Shown: positions 25,315 to 37,599 of the stretch, piece after piece
How the letters are laid out: the number at the start of each line of letters is the position of its first letter
Position numbering within the stretch: position 1 is the stretch's first letter
Assembly (NCBI RefSeq): GCF_044704955.1
Contig: NC_091978.1
Location: 297,414,001 to 297,478,000, forward strand
Direction of reading: 5' to 3'
DNA length: 64,000 nucleotides
Source: Pristiophorus japonicus
Taxonomy: Eukaryota
Translations under genes and position numbers: made by a program
Notes under the pieces: generated by a model
What the model was told of the DNA's origin: nothing
Seen by the model: only the letters and a program-made list of their open reading frames with translations
The model's database searches: none

Positions 25315-25900
25315 AAGCCTCGAATTTAACTCGGGTGTGAATCAGCGTGCGTGAGGTTGGGTGGCCATCAAGTACCCATGATTTTTTTGGCATGAGGCCC
25401 AAACCATTTTAACAAGAGTGATGGACTGGTCTCTGAACTGCATGGTGATTTGGCCAGGCTGCCTTGATCGTACGCGCAATTCTAGCCCAACTCCCGAGGC
25501 GTATTTAAAGAGATGTACCTCTTAAAGCGAGATTTTGTCCCTTGTCTGCATTTATCTGTGAACAACTGGCACACCGATAAAAATTAGTCAAAGGGCAGCC
25601 CCCACCCCAATGCTTTTCAGGTGCCTCCCTGGAGGTCATAGTGGTAGGTGTGAGGATGAGGAGGGAGCAGCTTCTCCCCAAAACCCCATAACAGCATTCC
25701 CAAGGCCCGAATGAAGCAGGCCTGGACAGAGGTAGCTGAAAGGGTCGGTGCCACCAGTATCACCCCCAGGTGGAATGCAGAAAGAGGTTGAATAACCTCA
25801 TCAAACCAACAAGTATACATTTCTTCATTTCTCCCAACGAAGGCTGTCATCACTCTTTTCCTCTCCTTCAATATTAACATTCTATGCAATATTAATCTCT
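25315..25900 (+). mobile_element. Harbinger fragment with Myb/SANT remnant
   Basis: 25590-25810 translates (with frameshifts) to SGASLEVIV..MKQAWTEVAERVGATSITPR..CRKRLNNL. Confidence 0.65.
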
Positions 25901-27094
25901 GCTCTTATCACAAAAAGTGTTAAATTATTTTAGGTCCTTCCCAATTAAATAGTGGGAAACAAATTACATTGTACTCTCAATTTTTAATTTCCTAATTCAA
26001 ACATTTATGCCAAATCAAAATTGTACATTATCAGTCTAGTCAATGTATTTTCTGTGTCTTTCTCAATAAACAAATAGTACTTTCTTCTAAAGTAGCTTCC
26101 TGCAATTTTTATACATCATTACATAATTCATGTTTTATTAACACTTCACTAAACGTTTAAGAGGAAATCTATATTTACATTATTCCTGGGACTTATTAGG
26201 ACTATAGAACGACAGACAAAATAAAATGAATTGTGTTTTTTCCCTTTTTTAATTCTCTTCTAAACGTATTAATGATATTTATAAAAAATGTAAATTAAAA
26301 GTAATATGTAACTCCTACAAATCCTCCCTGCCCTCCCTCTCTTCAACAGTGTGCTTCGATCATTCAAAATCAAATATTGAGAAATTTCAATTTTAACATG
26401 TTTTATGCATTTCAGGACCTCTTTAAAAGCAGTTTGACTTCAGGACCTGGTTGAAATGAGGGTAAAATTGATTTTTGTTTCTGTTTCTTCCAAAACCATA
26501 TTCGAAACTTAGGGGTGGGAACAAAAGTGTTTTTAACACTTAATTTCTTGTGAAAAATTCATTAAAAATCTTTGGGGGAGAACTTGGCCGCCTTTGCGCC
26601 TCCTATTAGCACCTCTGGGGGCGATAACAAGGTGCTACTGGCTGTGCGACTGGGCGCGCGAGACTACCGACACCTGCGAACTTGCCATGGAGGATTGCGG
26701 TAGCGGCAACCTGTGCCCTGGAGATCGTAATGTCATCCAGCTGCATAGCGCCCCGGATGCAAACTTTTGTTCCGTCCCCTGCAGCATCGCTGGATGTCAA
26801 CACCGGCAGCTGCAAGAGTCGTTGTAAGGGAGCCCGGCCGCTTGGGGAGTGGTATTTAAAGGTAAAGTAAAATAAATTCACCCCTTAGGTTATTTTTTCA
26901 CCATTGTGCCGCAATTGATCAGCCCTGCACTCTGGCTTTGGCAATGAGTGGGTTCAGTTTTGGAGAAGTTGTTTATCTTTTTTTCCTCTCGCTCTGCCCA
27001 GAGTGTGTGTGTCTCTCTCTCTCCCTACCTCCTCTCTCTCTCCCTACCTACCTCCTCTCTCTCTCCCTACCTCCTCTCTCTCTCACTCAAACAT

Positions 27095-28480
27095 AATTCA
27101 GCCCTTCAAGCCTGCACCACCATTCAATATGATCATGGCTGATCATGCAACTTCAGTATCCCACGCCGCCTTCTCTCCATACCCCCTGATCCCTTTAGCC
27201 GTAAGGGCCACATCTAACACCCTTTTGAATATATCCAACGAATTGGACTCAACAACTTTCTGTGGTAGAGAATTCCATAGCTTCACAATTCTCTGGGTGA
27301 AAAAGTTTCTTCTCATCTCGGTCCTAGATGGCTTACCCCTTATCCTTAGACTGTGACCCCTGGTTCTGGACTTCCCCCAACATCGGGAACATTCTTCCTG
27401 CATCTAACCTGTTCAATCCCGTCAGAATTTTATATGCTTCTATGAGATCCCCTCTCATTCTTCTAAATTCCAGTGAATATAAGCCGAGTTGATCCAGTCA
27501 GTCTTTATACGTCAGTTCTGCCATCCCAGGAATCAGTCTGCTGAACCTTCACTGCACTCCCTCAATAGCAAGAATGTCCTTCCTCAGATTAGGATACCAA
27601 AACTGTTCACAATACTCAAGGTGTGGTCTCACCAAGGCCCTGTACAAATGCAGCAAGACCTTCCTGCTCTTCTACTCAAATCCCCTAGCTATGAAGGCCA
27701 ACACACCATTTGCTTTCTTAACTACCTGCTGTACCTGCATGCCTACTTTCAATGACTGATGTACCATGACACCCAGGTCTCGTTGCACTTCCCCTTTTAC
27801 TAATCTCACCATTCAGATAATATTCTGCCTTCCTGTTTTTGCCACCAAAGTGGATAACCTCACACTTATCCACATTATACTGCATCTGCCATGCATTTGC
27901 CCACTGACTTAACCTGTCCAAGTCACCCTGCAGCATCTTAGCATCCTCCTCACAGCTCACACTGCCAGCCAGCTTAGTGTCATCTGCAAACTTGGAGATA
28001 TTACATTCAATTCCTTCGTCTAAATCATTAATGTATATTGTAAATAGCTGGGGTCCCAGCACTGAACCTTGCGTTACCCCACTAGTCACTGCCTGCCATT
28101 CTAAAAAGGACCCGTTTATTTCCACTCTTTGCTTCCTGTCTGCCAACCAGTTCTCTATCCACATCAATACATTACCCCCAATCCCATGTGCCTTAATTTT
28201 GCACACTAATCTCTTATGTGGGACCTTGTCAAAAGCCTTTTGAAAGTCCAAATACACCACATCCACTGGTTCTCCCTTGTCCACTCTACTAGTTACATCC
28301 TCAAAAAATTCTAGAAGATTTGTCAAGCATGATTTCCCTTTCATAAATCCATGTTGACTTGGACCGATCCTGTCACTGCTTTCCAAATGCGCTGCTATTA
28401 CATCTTTAATAATTGATTCCAACATTTTCCCCACTACCAATGTCAGCCTAGCTGGTCTATAATTCCTTGTTTTCTCTCTC
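27095..28480 (-). mobile_element. 5'-truncated CR1 LINE
   Basis: ORF 27718-28440 RT core ([28 protein letters not shown]); flanked by CT-rich tracts. Confidence 0.94.
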
Positions 28481-29149
28481 CCACCCTGCCCCCAGTCTCT
28501 CTCTATCCCACATTCAATCTCCCTCCATAGTCTCTCTTTCCTCAGTCTCTCTCGCTCTCCCCCAGTCTCTCTCCCTTAGTCTGACTCTCCCCCTAGTCTC
28601 TCTCTTTCTCTCTCCACCTCCCCCCACTCTCTCTCTTTCTCCCTCCAGTCTCTCTCTCCCCCCGTTTCGATCCTCGATCTCCCCCGATCCCCTGACCTCT
28701 GCGTGGTCCAACTAGATATCACCTATCTAGATATCAGCTCCGGGATACTGTGAGCCGGCGCTGAAGACTGAAAGGTAAATAATCAGAGCGCGGGGGATTC
28801 TTCCGCTGTCCAGCTGAACAGTCAAAGTTCAAGGGACAAAACCAAAACCTTCCTGTCATTACACAGCAGCTCATCGACCATCAGAACACACACTTCAAGC
28901 GCTTCAATTGCGATCGGCTCGGAGGTCGCAAGACTCAAAGGAATCTGTCTGGATTACCGGGGCCATTGTGTATTGGGCCCCTCCTCCGTTCCAGCTACTG
29001 TCCAGTTCTCTGCGGCATTTCAAATCAATCTTGCGACTTGGATAAAGGAATAAAGAGTTATATATCTAAATTTGCAGATGACACTAAATTAGGAGGGACA
29101 GTGAGTAGTGCAGATGGAAGCAGGCAGTTGCATAGACAGATTAAGTGAG

Positions 29150-31660
29150 TGGTAAAAGCCCTAATCAAAATCACAAATGACATCCTCTGTACCTGTTGTG
29201 CACTATCACTCCTTATCCTTCTCGACCTGTCTGCAGCCTTTGACATGGTTGTTCACACCATCCTTCTCCAACGCCTCTGCTCTGTTGTCCAGCAGAGTTG
29301 GTCTGCCCTCATCTGTTTCCACTCTTACCTATCCAGTCATACCAGAGAATCTACTGCAGTGGCTTATCTTTCTGCCCCAGCACCGTTACCTCTGGAGTTC
29401 CCCAAGGATCTATTTCTCATCCACATGCTCCTCCTTGGCGATATTATCTGAAGATACAATGTCAGGGTCCACATGTATGCTGACAATACCAAGCTCTACA
29501 TCATCACCATCTCTCTCAAGCTCTCCACTTCCTCTGTGTTGTCAGACCACTTTTTTGGCATCCAATTTTGGTTGAGCCGGAATTTCCTCCAATTAAACAT
29601 TGGGCTAGACTTTCCACTTCACATCGCCCATCTATGGCCCAAAATGGACCTCTATCGCCCATTTTGAGCAAAAAGTGGAAACTAGGCCCAAAATATCGCT
29701 GGAAAAATAGGCCCCCAAGTTTCCACTTTGATCGCTAAGATGATCGCACACAAGGCCCATCCCAAGTTTCAGCACTTAACATGCACTTCGCTGGGCCGAT
29801 GTAAGGTCCAAAAGAGTGCTCAAAAATAGTTGCTTTTTCAGGGCCTTAGAGGGAAATGGGCACTACGGACACCATTTTTAGCCTCTGAGGAAGGGCGGAG
29901 AATTGTTGTTAGTTATTTAGAGAGTAAAATTGATGCAAATTGTACTCAGAAATCTGGGACAGGGAATATAAATATTATCACCTTATTTATGCATATATTG
30001 GAATTATTTATTAAATAGCATTTACATAGTGAAGTTATTTAATGATATTCCGTGGGGATATCATTAAACAAACAAATCTGCATGAAGAATTGTACGTTGT
30101 AAAACTTATGTAAGTAAGAGAGAAGGTTCAAAAGTTGTAGAATTTTTTTTTTTAATTAACAAAGAACTAATGAACAACACCCTCCCTCCAACCCCCCACA
30201 CCAACCCACCCTGCCCTCAAAATCCCCAAAACATTACAAGAAGAAGAAATTAACATTTTACAGAACAAGTGGCCATTTAAGTAATGATAACAATTGACCA
30301 TTTCAGTGCTGACAACAAGTGACCATTTCAGAAAGAATGGAAATGGAACAGTTAAGTAATGGTAACAAGTGAACAATTAACTTTATGCTGGATTGTGTAA
30401 AATTTAGTTATGTTTAAATATTGCAGATTCTAGTTACTATTATTTAATATAATGCATAAATATAAATTTCAACTACTCTCGCAGCTGCCAGTAGGCTGTT
30501 CCACCGTTTGCAGCACTGGTTCGGTGTGCGCGTTTCATTGGAGGCCGATGTGACTGCGTCGGCTATTTCAGACCAATTCCTTCGATATGCACGGGGTGGA
30601 GGTTTCCCCTGCCCACCCCGTGTCCCACCTGGACACACACACACAGAGCTTCTGAGCATGTGTGAAGACCCTTGACCTCTCAAAACACGGGAAGAAGCAT
30701 CAACCTGAAAAAAAAAATCAACCTGCACATGCACAGTAATGCGTTGCTAGGGAAGCTTTTTTTTCCCGTTTTCTTTGGGCGATCAGGAGATTGCCGAGAA
30801 ATGACATCGCCCATTTGACATCGCTGGGCTAAGGCCATGTGGAAAATCGCAAAAAAAAAAAAATGGGCTGCATCGCTGGAACAAGGCCCATTTTTTTCGG
30901 TCTTAGCCTGGAAGTAGAAAGTCTAGTCCATTGTCTTCGGCCCACGCTACAAACTCTGTTTTCTAGTCTCAAATTCCATATCGTCCATGGCCCCTGTCTC
31001 AGGCTGATCCAGGCTGTTCACAACCTTGTTGTCCTATTTGACCCAGAATTGAACTCTGACCCCATATGCTCTCCATCAGTACAACAACATCGGTAAGACG
31101 ACTGACTAACACTTCCATAATATCGTCCATCTCCACCCCTGCTTCATCCCATCTATTGCTCATTCGTGCTTTTGTTAACTCCAAGCTCAACTATTCCAAT
31201 GCTCTTCTCCCATCTTCCATCCGCCAAAAACTGTGCGTATCCAAAACTCTGCTGTCTGTATCTTAACTTGCACTGCCCCATTCACCCAACATTCCCGTGC
31301 TCACCGACATATATTGGTTCCCGGTCCACCATAGCCTCACCCATCCCAATCACAGTCACCTCCTCCAGCCTTACAACCCTCTGAAAACTCCGCGTTCCTC
31401 CAATTCTGGCCTCTCATGCATCCCCCATTTCCTTCGCCCACCATTGGCGGTTGAGCTTCCATCCAAGAATTCCATCCCCCAAATTCTTGGCCTCTCCATC
31501 TCTCTCTCCTTCTTTAAGACACTGCTTAAAACCTACCGCTTTGACCAAGCTTTTGGTCACCTGTCCTAATATCTCCTCTTCTTTAGCTCGCTATCAATTT
31601 TTGCCTAATGACACCCCTATGGGATATTTTATGACATTAGAGGTGCTAGATAAATGCAAG
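29150..31660 (+). mobile_element. L2 LINE fragment (interrupted by a Harbinger-type element at 29602-30929)
   Basis: LILLDLSAAFDMVVHTILLQRL, SGVPQGS, YADNTKLYI, FLQLNI, LLIRAFVNSKLNYSNALL, FKTLLKTYRFDQAF are L2-type RT/C-terminal motifs. Confidence 0.88.
29602..30929. mobile_element. Non-autonomous Harbinger deletion derivative
   Basis: TIRs GGGCTAGACTTTC / GAAAGTCTAGTCC flanked by ATT on both sides; internal minus-strand Myb remnant WSEIADAVTSASNETRTPNQCCKRWNSL. Confidence 0.85.
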
Positions 31661-31664
31661 GTTT

Positions 31665-32845
31665 CTTGTTTGGCAAAGGTATTCAATGTGGGTGAGGTTA
31701 CCCACTTTTGACCAAAAAGAGATAAATCAGTACATTTTATAAATGGTTAGAAACCAGGAAATGTCGAGGAGCAAATCGATTTGGGTTTTGAAGTACATAA
31801 ATCATTCAAAGCTAGTAGACAGGCATAAAAAACAATCAAAAAGGCTAATGTAATGTTGGCATTTATTTCAAGGGGCTGGAATATAAAGAGGAGGAAGTTA
31901 TGCACCAATTGTATAGCGCCTTGGTCAGACCCCATGTGCATTCAGTTTTGGTCATTACCCCTCAGAAAAGATATGTTGGCCTTGGAAGGGATGCAGTGCA
32001 GGCAGATTCATCAAAATGATACTGGAGCATAAACCTGGCTTGTATTCCCTTGAATACAATATTCCCTTGAGTGTAAAAGACTGAGGGATGATGTAACTGA
32101 GGGCTAGACTTTCCTATCATTTTCGGTGGGTTCTGGGCGATTTTCTTGGTGGTACAACTGTTTTTCTGCCCGGCGAAAGTTTCCCCGTTGGTTTTTTAAT
32201 GGTATCGGCCACATCTGAACACGTCCGCCGGGACCAAACCGCCGACGTGCAACGCTGAGAAAATCGCCAGGGCGTAAGTTTGCCCTCAACGGAAGCCCGT
32301 CCAGATCATCGAGGGAACCGCCTTGTAAAAGTTGCTTAAACTGGGCAGTAGCTGAGTACTCTGCAAAGAAAGGTAAGTTAAAGATTCTTTATTTATTTTG
32401 TTTTAATTTTGAAATGGCGATTAGGTGTAAAAGTGTCTTGGGAATGCTTATTACGTTTTTATGTTTTTTATTGAAATTTATTTTTTTAAGTTTTCCCCTC
32501 TCTCTAGGCCCAACAGCAGTCTCGGACTAAATTTTAAATACTTACCATCCATTCCGGTAAGAACTGTCCATTTTACTTAGTTTCCCCTTAACCGCCGAGA
32601 AAACCGCTGATAATAAAGGTACAATGCCCATTTTCTCGGCGGGCAATTAGTTTTAATTAGTTTAAACATAAAAGTGGAAATTCTCGCCAGCAATACTCAC
32701 CAAACGTTAGCATTTTTTCTGAGCGGGCAATCGGGCGGTGAGGGGCTCATAGGAAAATCTAACCCATACTGTTTAAAATGTTAAAAGGATTCGATAGGGT
32801 GGATACGGAGAAACTATTTCCTCTGGTGGGGGTATCAAGAATAAG
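31665..32845 (+). mobile_element. Old CR1 fragment (continues from 29030-29150; interrupted by MITE 32101-32765)
   Basis: [10 protein letters not shown] at 29070-29100; LFKMLKGFDRVDTEKLFPLVG at 32770-32840. Confidence 0.75.
32101..32765. mobile_element. Harbinger-type MITE
   Basis: TIRs GGGCTAGACTTTCCTAT / ATAGGAAAATCTAACCC (15/17 match); same TIR type as 29602-30929; TSD unclear. Confidence 0.8.
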
Positions 32846-32847
32846 AA

Positions 32848-33415
32848 TAATCATAGAATGGTTACAACACAGAAGGAGGGCATTTGGCTCTATGCTCGAG
32901 CACTTCAGCGAGTCCCACTCCCGTGCCCTTTCCCTGCAGCCCTGCAAAATTTTTTCCTTCAGGTACTTAGCGTTTTGAAAGCCAGGGTTGAATCTGCCTC
33001 CACCACCCTTTCAGGCAGTGAATTCCAGATCCTAACCACTCGCATTTGGTTCTTTTGCCAATCACCTTAAATCTGTGACCTCTGGTTCTCGATCCTTCTG
33101 CCAATGGGAATAGTTTCTCTCTATCGATTGTGTCTAAACCCCTCATGATTTTGAACACCTCTTATCAAATCTCCTCTCAACTTTCTCTGTTCTAAGGAGA
33201 GCAATCCCAGCTTCTTCAGTCTATCAACATAACTGAAGTCCCTCACCCGTGGAACGATTCGTGTAAGTCTTTTCTGCACATTCTCTAAGGCCTTCACATC
33301 CTTCTTAAAGCGCGTTGCCCAAAATTGGACACAATATTCCAGTTGAAGCTGAATCAGTGTTTTATAAAGGTTCATCATAACTTCCTTGCTTTTGTACTCT
33401 ATGCCTCTATTTAAC
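32848..33415 (-). mobile_element. CR1 3' fragment
   Basis: [26 protein letters not shown]. Confidence 0.88.
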
Positions 33416-33765
33416 TGCTTTCTCAACTTGCCCTGCCAGTCGGCTGACAAAAAAAATAAGATGGCGGCCGCAGCAGAGCGCCCTCCCCTTTAATGGTGGC
33501 TGCACCACCATTTTGCAGACACTGCAAGCACAGTGCACTGACAGAAAAAGATTTTTCCAGGTAAATTTTGATTCGGGGCGGGAGATCGGCGGCGCGCGTT
33601 TTGATGACGCACTTAGGAGGGTTTGGCAGCAGCGGGGCAGAAGTGGGGAGCGCCAGAAAAACTCTGAGGTGAATTTCGCGAACGGTGGCCATTCGACAAA
33701 AAATCGGCGGTCATTCGACACTGCCAGCGGTAACGGGCCTTATCAGTAGGCTGAATTTTGGTCCC
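33416..33765. mobile_element. Truncated Harbinger-type MITE (same family as 62097-62863)
   Basis: End GTAACGGGCCTTAT..CTGAATTTTGGTCCC matches 62828-62863. Confidence 0.72.
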
Positions 33766-33816
33766 TGTGCCTCCTAGTTCTAGAAACTTCAGCCAGGGGA
33801 AACAATTTCTCAGCAG

Positions 33817-34426
33817 GGGGAGTTAGTGAGGTGGAGCAGCAGCGTGGGGAGGCCTATAAAAGGCCCAGCGTCGGCCAGGAGCCAACGGGGAGTTCGTGAG
33901 GCGGAGCGGCTGCGTGCGGAGGCCTATAAAAGGCCCAGCGTCGGCCAGGAGCCAACGGGGAGTTCGTGAGGCGGAGCGGCAGCGTGGGGAGGCCTATAAA
34001 AGGCCCAGCGTCGGCCAGGAGCCAACGGGGAGTTCGTGAGGTGGAGCGGCAGCGTGGGGAGGCCTATAAAAGGCCCAGCGTCGGCCAGGAGCCAATGGGG
34101 AGTTCGTGAGGTGGAGCAGCAGCGTGGGGAGGCCTATAAAAGGCCCAGCGTCGGCCAGGAGCCAACGGGGAGTTCGTGAGGCGGAGCGGCAGCGTGGGGA
34201 GGCCTATAAAAGGCCCAGCGTCGGCCAGGAGCCAACGGGGAGTTCGTGAGGTGGAGCAGCAGCGTGGGGAGGCCTATAAAAGGCCCAGCGTCGGCCAGGA
34301 GCCAACGGGGAGTTCGTGAGGTGGAGCGGCAGCGTGGGGAGGCCTATAAAAGGCCCAGCGTCGGCCAGGAGCCAACGGGGAGTTCGTGAGGTGGAGCGGC
34401 AGCGTGGGGAGGTCTATAAAAGGCCA
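33817..34426 (+). repeat. 70-bp tandem array (~8.7 copies), each with CTATAAAAGGCC, forming the CR1 5' end
   Basis: AGTT(A/C)GTGAG recurs at 33821, 33891, 33961, 34031, 34101, 34171, 34241, 34311, 34381. Confidence 0.96.
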
Positions 34427-34599
34427 GCCGGTGCAACTGCAGCAGGGTGAGAAGGCAAAAAAGTAGAAAGAAATTGAAGGGTGACATCACAGCCAAGGAA
34501 GTAAGTGATTGGTGAGTAGATTTTCTTTTTCTTTTCTTTATCAGTAAGTAACCTTTTAGCATTGTTGTTGTCAAATTAAGTTAATCTAGGGGTTAAGTC

Positions 34600-35550
34600 A
34601 TGGCAGGAGAGTTCGGGCATGTGTTATGCTCCTCCTGTGCTATGTTGGAACTTAGGGACACTAAAAGTGTCCCTAGCGACTACATGTGCGGGAAGTGCAT
34701 CCGCCTGCAGCACCTGACAAACCGCATTGCGGTACTGGAGCTGTGGGTTGATTTACTCTGGAGCATCCGCGATGCTGAGGATGTCATGAATAGCACGTTT
34801 AGTGAGTTGGCCACACCGCAGGTAAACGGTACACAGCCAGATAGGGGATGGGTGATCAACAGGAAGAACAGTAGAAAGAAGTTAGTGCAGGGGTCCCCTG
34901 CAGTCATCCCCCTGCAAAACAGATACACCGCTTTGGATACTGTTGAGGGGGATGACTCATCAGAGGAGAGCAGCAGCAGCCAAGTTCATGGCACCGTGGG
35001 TGGCTCTGCTGCACAGGAGGCAGAAAAAAAATAGTGGGAGAGCTATAGTGATAGGGGATTCAATTGTAAGGGGAATAGATGGACGTTTCTGCGGCCACAA
35101 CCGAGACTCCAGGATGGTATGTTGCCTCCCTGGTGCAAGGGTCAAGGATGTCTCGGAGCGGCTGCAGGACATTTTGAAGAGGGAGGATGAACAGCCATTT
35201 GTCGTGGTGCATATAGGTACCAACGATATAGGCAAAAAACGGGATGAGGTCCTATAGACGAATTTAGGGAGCTAAGAGCTAAATTTAAAAAGTAGGACCT
35301 CAAAAGTAGTAATCTCAGGATTGCTACCAGTGGCACGTGCTCGTCAGAGTAGGAATCGCAGGATAGCTCAGATGAATACGTGACTTGGAGTGGTGCAGAC
35401 GGGAGGGATTCAAATTCCTGGAACATTGGAAGCAGCTCTGGGGGAGGTGGGACCAGTACATAAACCGTATGGTCTGCACCTGGGCAGGACCGGAACCAAT
35501 GTCCTTGGGGGAGTGTTTGCTAGTGCTGTTGGGGAGGGGTTAAACTAATA
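34600..35550 (+). pseudogene. CR1 ORF1 (CxxC..CxxC zinc finger/leucine zipper plus SGNH esterase), frameshifted
   Basis: CSSC..CGKC..LTNRIAVLELWV; IVIGDSIVRG, CLPGARVKDV, VHIGTND. Confidence 0.88.
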
Positions 35551-37599
35551 TGGCATGGGGATGGGAACCTATGCAGAGAGACAGTGGGAAGTAGAATGGG
35601 GGCAGAAGCAAAAGATAGAAAGAAGAAAAGTAAAAGTGGAGGGCAGAGAAACCCAAGGCAAAAAGCAAAAAGGGCCACATTACAGCAAAATTCTAAAGGG
35701 GCAAAGTGTGTCAAAAAGTCAAGCCTGAAGGCTCTGTGCCTCAATGCGAGGAGTATTCGGAATAAGATGTGGATAGAGAACTGGTTGGCAGACGGGATAA
35801 ACGGGTCCCTTTTCAGAACGGCAGGCAGTCACTAGTGGCGTGCCTCAGGGCTTAGTGCTGGGACCCCAGCTATTTACAATATACATTAATGATTTGGATG
35901 AGGGAATTGAGTGTAATATCTCCAAGTTTGCAGATGACACTATGCTGGGTGGTGGTGTGTGCTGTGAGGAGGACGCTAAGAGGCTGCAGGGTGACTTGGA
36001 CAGGTTAGGTGAGCGGGCAAACATATGGTGGATAAATGTGAGGTTATCCACTTTGGTGGCAAAAACACGAAGGCAAAATATTATCTGAATGGCGGCAGAT
36101 TAGGAAAAGGGGAGGTGCAATGAGACCTAGGTGTCATGGTTCATCCGTTATTGAAAGTTGGCATACAGGTACAGCAGGCGGTGAAGATGGCAAATCGCAT
36201 GTTGGCCTTCATAGCTGGGGGATATGAGTATAGGAGCAGGGAGGTATTACTGCAGTTGTACAGGGCCTTAGTGAGGCCTCACCTGGAATATTGTGTTCAG
36301 TTTTGGTCTGCTAATCTGAGGAAGGACATTCTTGCAGTGAGGGAGTGCAGCGAAAGTTCACCAGACTGATTTCCGTGATGGCAGGACTGACCTATGAGGA
36401 GAGGCTGGATCGACTGGGCCTGTATTCACTGGAGTTTAGAAGGATGAGAGGGGATCTCATAGAAACATATAAAATTCTTACGGGACTGGATAGCTGTTCC
36501 AGGAAGAATGTTCCCGATGTTGGGGAAGTCCAGAACCAGGGGAGATAGTCTAAGGATAAGGGGTAAACCATTTAGGACTGAGATGAGGAGAAACTTCTTC
36601 ACTCAGAGTTGTTAACCTGTGGAATTCTCTACCGCAGAGAGTTGTTGATGCTAGTTCATTGGACACATTCAAGTGGAAGTTAGATATTGCCCTTACAGCT
36701 AAAGGGATCAAGGGGTATGGAGAGAAAGCAGGAAAGGGGTAATGAGGTGAATGATCAGCCATGATCTTATTGAATGATGGTGCAGGCTTGAAGGGCCGAA
36801 TGGCCTACTCCTGCAACTATTTTCTTTGTTTCTATCTATCGGGTCAATCCCCTTCAGGATCTTGTATGTTTCAATGAGATCATCTCTCATTCTTCTAAAC
36901 TCCAGAGAGTGTAGGCCCATTCTACACAATCTTTCGTCGAAAGACAGCCCTCTCTTCCGAGGAATCAGTCAAGTGAACCTTCGTTGCACTGCCTCCAAGG
37001 AAAGTATATCCTTACGTAGATAAGGAGACCAAAACTGTGCACAACACTCCAGGTGTGGTCTCACCAAGGCCCCATACAATTGCAGCAAGACTTCATTACT
37101 CTTATACTCCAACCCCCTTGCAATAAAAGGCAACATGCCATTTGCCTTCCTTATTGCTTGCTGTATCTGCATGCTAGCTTTCTGTGTTTCTTGCACCAGG
37201 ATACCCAAATTTCTATATACACCAACATTTAAAAGTTTCTCGCCATTTGAAAACTATTCTGTTTTTCTATTCTTCCTACCAAATTGAATAACCTCACAAT
37301 TTCCTACATTATTCACCATCTGCCACCCACTCACTTAGTCTATCTATATCTCTTTGCAGACGCTTTATGTTCTCCTCACAGCTTACTGCCCCACATAGCT
37401 TTGTATCGTCAGCAAACTTGGATACATTACACTCGATTGCTTCATGTAGGTTATTAATATAGATTGTAAATATCTGAGGCCCCAGCACTGATCCTTGCAG
37501 CACCCCACTAGTTACAGCCTGTCAACCTGAAAAAGACCTGTTTATCCCTACTCTCGGTTTTCTGTCCATCGACCAATCTTCAATCCATGTCAATATATT

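Larger units (their letters stand above)
33816..36835 (+). mobile_element. CR1 LINE with 5' UTR and ORF1, internally deleted in ORF2, nested in a minus-strand CR1
   Basis: Tandem 5' monomers, ORF1 from 34600, ORF2 jumps from CLNARSIRNK to MWIENWLAD at about 35766, normal 3' tail; host CR1 reads ..CTCAGCA|TCTATC.. across it. Confidence 0.92.

Noticed and set aside
26416-26461. Plus-strand mini-exon (tttcag|..|gtaaaa) as a possible IDUA exon
   Set aside because: Stops in all three frames and no IDUA similarity
28467-28715. ORFs in the CT-rich tract
   Set aside because: Low-complexity (CT)n sequence
33817-34426. Possible CRISPR array (also 50522-50809)
   Set aside because: Head-to-tail identical units with no unique spacers, no cas genes, eukaryotic context
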